From the NCBI RefSeq assembly GCF_050320235.1, contig NZ_CP190349.1: a DNA stretch of 32,000 nucleotides, one strand, 5' to 3'. A program made the translations under genes and the position numbers. Positions 1 through 7,721 of this stretch are shown here, in pieces (the first letter of the stretch is position 1; the number at the start of each line of letters is the position of its first letter). The stretch comes from Escherichia coli. GTDB lineage: Bacteria; Pseudomonadota; Gammaproteobacteria; Enterobacterales; Enterobacteriaceae. The notes beneath the pieces are model-generated. The model worked only from the letters and a program-made list of their open reading frames with translations. It was not told where the DNA came from and did not search any database.

Positions 1-438
1 ACGTGGGAAGAGATTGACCTTGAGAAAGGTATATGGGAGATCCCCGCTGAACGGATGAAAATGCGTAGGCCTCATATTGTTCCTTTATCCGCTCAGGTAG
101 TTGATCTCTTTAAACAGCTCAAGCCTATCACCTATAATTACCCATACATTTTTATTGGCAGAAACAACCGTAGCAAACCGATTTCGAAAGAAAGTGTGTC
201 ACAAGTAATTGAGTTACTTGGTTATAAAGGACGAGCTACTGGCCATGGTTTTAGACATACAATGTCGACTATTTTACATGAGCAAGGATACGATAGTAAA
301 TGGATTGAATTACAGCTTGCACATGTAGATAAAAATTCGATACGTGGTATTTATAACCATGCGCAATATATAGAACAGCGAAGAAATATGATGCAATTTT
401 ATAGTGATTTCATTTTAAACCTTCCCCTCTCTGAGTGA
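1..438 (+). CDS. int: P4/phiR73-type tyrosine integrase, C-terminal part (5' end outside window)
   Basis: Frame 1 is open from base 1 (TWEEIDLEKGIWEIPAERMKMRRPHIVPLS...) to TGA 436-438. It contains HGFRHT, LAHVDK and IYNHAQY motifs typical of the tyrosine recombinase catalytic domain. Confidence 0.93.
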   Translation, partial: TWEEIDLEKGIWEIPAERMKMRRPHIVPLSAQVVDLFKQLKPITYNYPYIFIGRNNRSKPISKESVSQVIELLGYKGRATGHGFRHTMSTILHEQGYDSKWIELQLAHVDKNSIRGIYNHAQYIEQRRNMMQFYSDFILNLPLSE

Positions 439-455
439 GAAGGGAAGTAGAGCAA

Positions 456-3128
456 TTACTGAATACCGTATTTCTTCTCGCGGACAGAAAACGCAATATG
501 TCCGCCTTCAAGGATAGAGCAAATATGATGTCTTATACCTTGTTGCATTCTTATATTACCATCTTCTATTGCTCCCACTTCATAACTTATAACATCACCA
601 TCATAATTAGCAACAATTACTTGTTCTGAATCAGAGTTAATAACCAGATTTGCATTGTGTGTAACAATGATTACTTGTCGATATTTTTTTATTTTTTTGA
701 ACAAAGGAACCAATTGCTTCATAATAAAACTATTATCAAGATCATCCTCTGGCTGATCAAATACAAATGGGCTACCAAAAGGATCTGTTGCAAGTTTCAA
801 GCTTACATAAAAAGTCCCACGCTGGCCAACTGATAGTTGGTCAACAGTCTTACCTTTATAGGTAAATTCCGCATTAACATATAAATAATTCTTTATCTTT
901 TCTGGAGAAAACAAATAATGCATTAATTCATATCGTCCTCCTTGATTAAAGTACTCACTTTTCCAGAAAAAATCCTCTATTGTAATTAATTCACCATCTC
1001 CATCCGTGCTAATTACTTTATCATTGTTTAACAGCTTAACAAAATCAGTATATGATTGTACATTAAATGTATCCGTTAACTTTTGTCGTGTTGATTTTTC
1101 ATTTGATGCTCTAAATTTCCCGCGATTAATACAACCTTCTAATCCTGCATAGAACTTATCATTATCAAAGATAATTGACCCACGAATATTTATGTCGGAT
1201 AAAATATCTCTAACAATCTGGTTTTGCTCTTTGTTCCAACTATCATTTTCAATATGAAGAGAATCGTATAAAGATTGTATTTCTGTAACTTGCTCTTCTA
1301 TATATTTACTATATTTCACTGCAAAATCACTGCGCTCTCTTACATAAGCAAAGTATCGTTTTTTATTTTCCTCTATTTCTTTTATTTTAGCCTTCGCTTT
1401 ATCTATGTTTTCTTGATATTCACTTAACTTACTTAACAACGATGACACATCCTGATTAATACCTTGATCAAGGAAAGATTTTTTAATTTCTTCATTTTTT
1501 AACCTCACAGCCTCTATATCATCATTAATCACACGAGCATTTTTTTCTAAAATCTCATAGTAAACAGAAGCATCTGTCAAAGGTAATTCAGGCACAATAA
1601 CAGATAATTCATTGTAACTTTTAATACGTTCGTTAATTTCAGAAAAACCTCTTCGAATAAAAGCAATCAACTCTTGATTTCTACTCAATGCCAACTGGAG
1701 TTTGTTAATTGACTCAGAATTTTTCTGATATTCAACAATGAGTTCTTTATTTTTAGGATTAGTTAATGTTTCAGTTAGCTTTTGATTTTCTTCAATAATT
1801 TTTGTCTGGAATGCATCAGTATTAATTCTATTTCCATAATTATCTGATTGCGTCCAATAATCTACGAACGTTCTATATTTCGAAAGATTATCTAGCAATA
1901 AACTCATATTTGCAGAGTCATATTGTTTTTCTCTAATCCCAAGCATTCTTTTAATTTCACTGCTTAGGCTTTCTGGATTTTTTGCAAAATTAACAATGTC
2001 ACCTTGTGAAACATGGAGATAACTATATGGTGATGAATTCTCCGAGTTAAACAAAATAGAGGATTCTTCACCATAACCTTTATCTAAGAATACACTTACA
2101 CCTTTAGCGACCACGTTTCTTTCCGATGTTAAAAAGGAATCTGGCATTAATACTTTTTTCATTGCATCAAGGAATATACTTTTCCCAGTGCCTCTACCAC
2201 CAATTATTGAAACCATATTCCTATTTAATGGTATTGTCTGTTCTTTAAAGGAAAGATTATTTCCCTCGAAAATATTACCTGATAAATTTATCTGACTAAA
2301 ATACGGTTTAACGTATGATAAATCAATAAAATCATCTGATTGTTGAACCCTTTCCGCTGGCTCAAATAGAGTTTGTCGTAACCCTTGGAATGACGGCTTT
2401 GCTTTTACCCAAGTATATTTACTACCAATCTGATTAAAATCATGTGCATCAGAGCATACAAAAACTGGTTTTCTAGGAGCATCTTCATATCGTGTATCTG
2501 ATAAAAAGAAATCACGATCTCTGGGCCGCCCCAATACAATATCCCCTAATTTATCGATTTCTTTTGCAACAGCGACCGAACGCCCCTCTTTCTTCTCTGG
2601 GTGAAATCCACCATATCCATTAGGACAAATCGCTATAAAGAAATCCCTGCCAATAACAAAGTCATTTTTTAGGCCTTCGCACAATGTTTCATAATTGATA
2701 ATTGCCTCATTAAAGTTAATACCCGACTCATCCATAGAATCTTTACTACACCAAATAGTCTTTCCATCATCTGTGGTGTTTTGAAGTTTTATTCTTGATA
2801 ACACCTTATTTATTTTTTCTGATGGTATATCTTCAGAAAAAATTGCATGTATATTTATCCACTCACCAGATTTATTGGGCTGCGCAATTCTAAATTCAAT
2901 ATTTGCCAATATACACACAGCATATTCTTTCTCAGAAAATTTCTTGCGTATAGTTTCAAGCTCATCTTTTGCTAAAAACCAATAATTTGTCACAGCAATA
3001 AGTTTTAAATTATTTTTAATAACAGCATCAACATATAAATCAATATCCTTTGGTTGATAGTTGTTATTGACATGCGTTAATGGTGAATGTATGTGAAGAT
3101 CCCATTTATTCCAAGTTGAACCAATCAT
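456..3128 (-). CDS. PHP-domain + ABC/SMC-like ATPase (TrlF family-like), probable defence cargo of the satellite
   Basis: 890 aa. N-terminal DLHIHS PHP-like motif; Walker A GGRGTGKS; ABC signature LSVGQRG; Walker B FVFDQPEDDLD; H-switch VIIVTHN. Sits between int and cos/psu, the known P4 cargo position. Confidence 0.85.
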   Translation of the reverse strand: MIGSTWNKWDLHIHSPLTHVNNNYQPKDIDLYVDAVIKNNLKLIAVTNYWFLAKDELETIRKKFSEKEYAVCILANIEFRIAQPNKSGEWINIHAIFSEDIPSEKINKVLSRIKLQNTTDDGKTIWCSKDSMDESGINFNEAIINYETLCEGLKNDFVIGRDFFIAICPNGYGGFHPEKKEGRSVAVAKEIDKLGDIVLGRPRDRDFFLSDTRYEDAPRKPVFVCSDAHDFNQIGSKYTWVKAKPSFQGLRQTLFEPAERVQQSDDFIDLSYVKPYFSQINLSGNIFEGNNLSFKEQTIPLNRNMVSIIGGRGTGKSIFLDAMKKVLMPDSFLTSERNVVAKGVSVFLDKGYGEESSILFNSENSSPYSYLHVSQGDIVNFAKNPESLSSEIKRMLGIREKQYDSANMSLLLDNLSKYRTFVDYWTQSDNYGNRINTDAFQTKIIEENQKLTETLTNPKNKELIVEYQKNSESINKLQLALSRNQELIAFIRRGFSEINERIKSYNELSVIVPELPLTDASVYYEILEKNARVINDDIEAVRLKNEEIKKSFLDQGINQDVSSLLSKLSEYQENIDKAKAKIKEIEENKKRYFAYVRERSDFAVKYSKYIEEQVTEIQSLYDSLHIENDSWNKEQNQIVRDILSDINIRGSIIFDNDKFYAGLEGCINRGKFRASNEKSTRQKLTDTFNVQSYTDFVKLLNNDKVISTDGDGELITIEDFFWKSEYFNQGGRYELMHYLFSPEKIKNYLYVNAEFTYKGKTVDQLSVGQRGTFYVSLKLATDPFGSPFVFDQPEDDLDNSFIMKQLVPLFKKIKKYRQVIIVTHNANLVINSDSEQVIVANYDGDVISYEVGAIEDGNIRMQQGIRHHICSILEGGHIAFSVREKKYGIQ

Positions 3129-3361
3129 TTCTATTCCTTATCATTAATTGCTATATGTAAAAATAGATCCAGACGCATTTTAAGCCAACAATAAAGATCT
3201 TCAATAATAATCCACCCTATCGTCACTTTTTAAGCAGTCATATACTGATGAAACTGAACATTTCCATCTAATAACCCGAAAATTCGTTCATCTCCACATG
3301 TATGTAATGACAGGCTCCCCACGTAATGCCCTATAAAGTCTTTTTGGTAATAATACGCGCG

Positions 3362-3380
3362 GTGCTTTCCCCGCCTCGCC
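3362..3380 (-). other. cos: P2/P4-type cos site (cohesive-end sequence)
   Basis: The reverse complement reads GGCGAGGCGGGGAAAGCAC, the 19-nt P2/P4 cohesive-end sequence as I recall it. It lies between the cargo and psu as in P4. Confidence 0.85.
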
Positions 3381-3480
3381 CGCCCGCTTTGCAGGGCGGT
3401 TTTAATGCAGTTGCACAGTCACGCTCAGGCCGTGCCGGGCGTGGCCTGGTCTGCAGGAAATGAGGCGGGAAAACGCATGC

Positions 3481-3514
3481 AAAGCCATGCACCTTATCGA
3501 TGCATGGCTTTTTT
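3481..3514 (+). terminator. Stem-loop terminator downstream of psu
   Basis: AAAGCCATGCA-ccttatcga-TGCATGGCTTT followed by a T run (11-bp stem). Confidence 0.55.
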
Positions 3515-3545
3515 CAGTAAAAACGGGCGGATTTTTCGGGGAGTT

Positions 3546-4118
3546 TTACACAGACTGACGTGATGCCAGTTCTGCACTTTTACGCGAAAAAATCATGTTC
3601 TGCGCAGGGGTGAATTTTTCACGGCTGTCATCCACCGAAGCCGCGTCAGGCCTGAATCCGATGGTCGTTAAAATGTTGCTATCCTGTGCGGAATAATTAA
3701 TTTTTTCCCCCTTCGCAAGCCAGGACAGAAGGGCTTCACGCAGGGCATCTGTGGCACGCTGTATGGCACAGTTTCGGGCAATGGCCGTCAGCTCACTGTA
3801 GCCCATCAGCTCCGGTGCCAGTGCGGCCGCCAGTGCTGTGCCGTGCTGCTGCATAAAATCATTCAGCCGCTCGCGGATGCTGATGTGCTGAACGGCTTCA
3901 TGCGAACGAACATAACGACCGGCGGCCTGATTCACCTGCCATTTTCTGACTTCGATAATATTGCGTAATTCGTCCAGGCGACTGACGTTTCTGCCTTCCC
4001 CGGACAGAAGCCGCAGATATTCCTGTTCGGCTGCCGCCAGTTCATTTTTGCGCTGAAGCCATGCCGCTTTGTTATTCTGGCAGACCTCAAAAGCCTGCTG
4101 TAATGACATTGTGGTCAC
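3546..4118 (-). CDS. psu: Polarity suppression protein Psu (capsid decoration / Rho inhibitor)
   Basis: 190 aa, closely matching the recalled P4 Psu sequence (QNNKAAWLQRKNELAAAEQEYLRLLSGEGRNVSRLDELRNIIEVRKW...). Confidence 0.95.
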   Translation of the reverse strand: MTTMSLQQAFEVCQNNKAAWLQRKNELAAAEQEYLRLLSGEGRNVSRLDELRNIIEVRKWQVNQAAGRYVRSHEAVQHISIRERLNDFMQQHGTALAAALAPELMGYSELTAIARNCAIQRATDALREALLSWLAKGEKINYSAQDSNILTTIGFRPDAASVDDSREKFTPAQNMIFSRKSAELASRQSV

Positions 4119-4132
4119 ACCCCTTCTCCTGA

Positions 4133-4378
4133 TTAATGGTTGAATGGTGAGCTGTAACAGCCTTTAACTTTTCGGACAACAGCCGGTGCTGTGCTTACCG
4201 GTGCTGGTTTTTCCTCCGTGACCGGAGAACGAATCACGGCACAAATTGACTCATGCGTTTTAAATGTCGCCGAACAGTAAATATTCTGGCACTGCAGATA
4301 ACTTTCTTTGACATTGTCACTCACATACCGGCTGGTGCGGGTATGCGCTGAATGACGACAGAAAGGGCAGCGCATCAT
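4133..4378 (-). CDS. delta: Delta/Ogr-family late-gene activator, single zinc-finger domain
   Basis: 81 aa, CPFC...C(4)C-type zinc finger (MRCPFCRHSAHTRTSRYVS...YLQCQNIYCSATF). Overlaps the end of sid by ATGA. Confidence 0.88.
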   Translation of the reverse strand: MMRCPFCRHSAHTRTSRYVSDNVKESYLQCQNIYCSATFKTHESICAVIRSPVTEEKPAPVSTAPAVVRKVKGCYSSPFNH

Positions 4379-5109
4379 GACAGCAGTCCTCTGGCCTTAA
4401 GCTCTGCTCCCTGCTGGTCTATTTTGTCCTGCCACACCTTGCGCTGTGCCGGTGTGCCTGCCACCTCATAATCCATGTGCGGGAGTGTTGCCGCTGACAG
4501 CCCGGTCAGCCGGAGAACCGGCTCGCCGGTGAGGCTGATTTGCATCTGTTTTATTTTCTGTTCCAGCGATGATTTCACCTGCTGCATGACAGCTTTATCG
4601 GGTGCGATGTAGCCCTGATGGCCGGTGGTGTTGGCGAGCGGATTTTCCTGTACCAGAATGCTCAGATGCATTGCCCGGACAAGCGCCTCACAGGTTTCAT
4701 TCAGGGCGTGTTCCAGCTCATGCTCTGCATACAGACTCAGAAGGTGATGATGTGCCTTCCGGTAGGCGGTGGCCGTGCTGTCACACGCCCCTTTCAGGCG
4801 TTCACGTTCGAAATTCAGCACCACGGCCAGATTGTCATATTCCTGTACCAGCTCCCGGCGTGCCACGCGCTCAATGTGGCGCTGTTTCAGCTCGTCGCTC
4901 AGGACACCACCGGCTGCACGAAAGGCCGTGCGCCAGTCGTCAGCGTCGTTTCCGTCGGCCTGCGCCAGCGCATTTTTTTCCTGCTCTGCCCGTTCAATGG
5001 CCGTGACGGTCTCATCCATCAGGCGGGCGTTCTCAAGATGGGCGGCTCTGGCCTTTTCCAGTTGTGCCAGCGCGGGTTGCAGATATTCAGGGATGGTGTT
5101 GTCAGACAT
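4375..5109 (-). CDS. sid: P4 capsid size determination protein Sid
   Basis: Start trimmed from 5175 to the internal Met (CAT 5107-5109), giving MSDNTIPEYLQPALAQLEKARAAHLENARLMDET..., matching P4 Sid and its length. Confidence 0.93.
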   Translation of the reverse strand: MSDNTIPEYLQPALAQLEKARAAHLENARLMDETVTAIERAEQEKNALAQADGNDADDWRTAFRAAGGVLSDELKQRHIERVARRELVQEYDNLAVVLNFERERLKGACDSTATAYRKAHHHLLSLYAEHELEHALNETCEALVRAMHLSILVQENPLANTTGHQGYIAPDKAVMQQVKSSLEQKIKQMQISLTGEPVLRLTGLSAATLPHMDYEVAGTPAQRKVWQDKIDQQGAELKARGLLS

Positions 5110-5181
5110 TTTCCGGCTCCTCGTCACTTCAGGTTGAGAAAATTGTGACGTACACCGGACAACAACACGACGCATTGCAGA

Positions 5182-5199
5182 TGTGCCAGCCCTGACACA
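5182..5199 (-). promoter_or_regulatory. Putative Delta/Ogr activator binding site for the sid late promoter
   Basis: TGTGCCAGCCCTGACACA fits TGT-N12-ACA, the recalled consensus for P2 Ogr / P4 Delta sites. It lies about 75-90 bp upstream of the sid ATG. Confidence 0.7.
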
Positions 5200-5277
5200 G
5201 GAGACTCATCCTCAGACCGGCAAGCCAGGAAAAGGTCGCAGGAAAAACCGGCTTACTGTTTGTTTTTTTATATTTTA

Positions 5278-5382
5278 CTGTTCACCTCTGTTCACCATAA
5301 GAAAAAAGATAAGTAATACAGTAAGTTAAAGGGTGAACAATCGCAGTAATGACTGTTCACCGTCTGTTCACCACTGTTCACC
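5278..5382. repeat. ori1: P4 ori1-like cluster of alpha-protein (type I) iterons
   Basis: CTGTTCACC/GGTGAACAR copies at 5278-5286, 5288-5296, 5332-5340 (inverted), 5353-5361, 5364-5372 and 5374-5382, followed by an AT-rich stretch at about 5395-5480. Confidence 0.8.
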
Positions 5383-5660
5383 CGTTGATGGGCTTTTTAT
5401 GCTGTTTATTACTGTTTATTTTTATTAATTCACTGAAATAAATAAGAAAAAACAATTTGCATTTCACTATAAAAAATTCCAGTTCCTTCAGAACCCTTTG
5501 AGACCCTTCCAGTCCGGATGGATAAAAAACACACAGCCATTGTAAGGTTGCCGGAACAAATTCCCCCTGTTGCGTCTGCTGAAAATATTCACAAAATAAA
5601 GCGCTACCCGAAGCCGGACGGACTTATCCGGTGCTGTATGGACATTAACGAGGTAGCCCG

Positions 5661-5927
5661 ATGCAAGCTGTTTTTTCTTCCCCGTCTCCCGCCCCTGTTA
5701 CGCCACTGATGCCGCTGCCGGACATCACGCAGGAGCGTTTTTTACGTCTGCCGGAAGTGATGCACCTGTGCGGCCTGTCACGCTCGACCATCTATGAACT
5801 CATCCGTAAGGGGGAATTTCCGCCGCAGGTGAGTCTTGGCGGTAAAAATGTGGCCTGGCTGCACTCTGAAGTCACCGCATGGATGGCCGGGCGCATTGCC
5901 GGACGCAAACGGGGGTACGACGCATGA
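5661..5927 (+). CDS. vis: AlpA-family regulator, P4 Vis homologue
   Basis: 88 aa with an AlpA-type helix-turn-helix ([46 protein letters not shown]). Confidence 0.9.
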   Translation: MQAVFSSPSPAPVTPLMPLPDITQERFLRLPEVMHLCGLSRSTIYELIRKGEFPPQVSLGGKNVAWLHSEVTAWMAGRIAGRKRGYDA

Positions 5928-6523
5928 TGATGCCCGCTCTGCAAAAACTCCCTTTTTCTGGCTTGCCTTTTTCCGGCATTTGCGGATATAGTTTTTCCGC
6001 TGCCGCAAAATCGGCAGCCGGGCGTGAGAACCCGAGCAATTCACAGGCGACATATGACGCGCCACGCGTCTTTTTTTGTGTCGCAATCAATGCCACAGAG
6101 CGCCAGATTATGGTGTGGTGTGTGGTCAGTCGTGCAGATGGCATTCCGTGCATCCTGCCCGCGTCCGCTCATTATGCCGCAGAGTCAATGGTAGCTCAGG
6201 CGGGGCAGCCTCCGGGCTGGCCGGTATCCTGTGAAGCCGGTATTCTCACCCCCGTCTGGGCTATCGCCATCGAGCGTGAGAACTCCGGCGATAGCGTTAT
6301 TTGCTATTCACAGGAGGCTGCCATCATGGCTACAACCCTTACCCCCTCACACCCTGAATTTGTCTTTGTGTTTGCGGCTGTCCGTCGCGCAGACCGTCAT
6401 CCCCGTATCTGTATGCTTCGCACCGTCGCCGGTGATGAACGCAGTGCCCGCCGTTCCCTTGTCCGTGACTATGTGCTCTCCCTTGCTGCCCGTCTGCCGG
6501 TGGTGGAGGTGTCCCGTGCGTAA
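5924..6523 (+). CDS. Host cell division inhibitor Icd-like / ash family protein
   Basis: ORF track 5879..6523. The ATG at 5924 overlaps the vis stop (ATGA). The sequence resembles Icd-like ORFs annotated in P4-like prophages. Confidence 0.5.
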
Positions 6524-6803
6524 TAAAAAAGCCCCTCAGACCGTCTCAGCGCGTCATGACGCCCGTGAACACCTCAGCATTGAGGCTTACCATAAGCTCA
6601 ACCGCGCCAGCGCCGTATCCCGGTTTGTTGGGGGTGATTTGATTCACCGTGAACTCTCCGGCCTGCATCAGCTCTACATTCCGCATATTTTCAGCTACCT
6701 GAATGAAGATATTGATTTTGTGCTGAATGAGCTGAAAGCCAAAGGCCTGTGCCGCGATTTTCTCGCCCAGCAGAAAGACCGGGGAGACAGGACGCATGTT
6801 TGA
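6516..6803 (+). CDS. Small early protein at the P4 epsilon (derepression protein) position
   Basis: GTG start at 6516 gives 95 aa ([61 protein letters not shown]...). It overlaps the neighbouring ORFs as in a compact P4 early operon. Confidence 0.6.
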
Positions 6804-7251
6804 TTTTCCCCAGCCCGGTGAGATTTACCGTTCTGCCGGTTTTCCCGATGTGGCCGTGGTCGGCATTCTGGAAGACGGTATTCCGTGGGAAATGCCGTAC
6901 CGCTGCCCGGACATTGTCTGGAACCCGTACCGCCGTAAATTCAGTATCCTTGTGCGTATCCTCGCTGACGGGCGCACCACAGACATCCCGCTGGGGCGTT
7001 TTCTGCGGGAATTTACCTGTGACCGTCCTGACCTGTTCAGACGCAGCCCCGTAAACCGGCATGCGGTACTGAAAGAAATGGCCGGAGACCCGGAATTACA
7101 GAAATGGCGGGAGAAATATCTGGATATTTACCCGCAGGACACTGTTCCGGCCAGCCGGGCGGCACCGGTGGCGCGGGAATGGCGGGAAATTCCCCGCACG
7201 GAGCCTGACCCGGAAATCACCCCGGATAACAGTTACCGCAATTATCTGTAA
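6796..7251 (+). CDS. P4 Orf151-like protein, function unknown
   Basis: 151-aa ORF in the conserved order upstream of cnr-alpha. Confidence 0.75.
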   Translation: MFDFPQPGEIYRSAGFPDVAVVGILEDGIPWEMPYRCPDIVWNPYRRKFSILVRILADGRTTDIPLGRFLREFTCDRPDLFRRSPVNRHAVLKEMAGDPELQKWREKYLDIYPQDTVPASRAAPVAREWREIPRTEPDPEITPDNSYRNYL

Positions 7252-7386
7252 TTAAAAAACGACACCCGAAAAATTAAATGTGCGTATTCGCGCAGGGATA
7301 CGCACGTCTTCAGGAGACGCAGATATGCCTTATCAGTTAATGCAACCGGCACGGAATGCAGTCATCTGTCACAGGGAGGAAAACAA

Positions 7387-7707
7387 ATGAAAACACCCTT
7401 ACCGCCCGTCTTACGCGCAGCCCTTTACCGTCGCGCTGTCGCCTGTGCCTGGCTGACCGTGTGCGAACGTCAGCACCGCTACCCGCATCTCACCCTTGAA
7501 TCACTGGAGGCGGCCATCGCCGCTGAGCTGGAAGGCTTTTATCTGCGCCAGCACGGTGAGGAAAAAGGGCGCCAGATAGCCTGTGCCCTGCTGGAAGATT
7601 TAATGGAATCCGGCCCCCTGAAGGCCGCGCCGTCGCTGTCCTTTCTCGGGCTGGTTGTGATGGATGAACTCTGTGCCCGTCACATAAAAGCGCCGGTACT
7701 GCACTGA
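7387..7707 (+). CDS. cnr: Copy-number regulator Cnr (P4 Orf106-like)
   Basis: 106 aa, immediately upstream of alpha, with the size and position of P4 cnr. Confidence 0.75.
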
Positions 7708-7721
7708 AGGAGAACAACACC

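Noticed and set aside
456-3360. Retron (reverse transcriptase + msr/msd) as in phiR73
   Set aside because: No RT motifs (such as YADD) occur in the cargo ORF, and the ORF has PHP/ATPase motifs instead.
4602-5148. + strand ORFs opposite sid (134, 176 and 122 aa)
   Set aside because: Antisense to a confidently identified sid gene; no recognisable family.
5518-5709. 63-aa ORF upstream of vis as a separate gene
   Set aside because: Overlaps the vis start in another frame and has no family resemblance or clear RBS. It cannot be supported from sequence alone.
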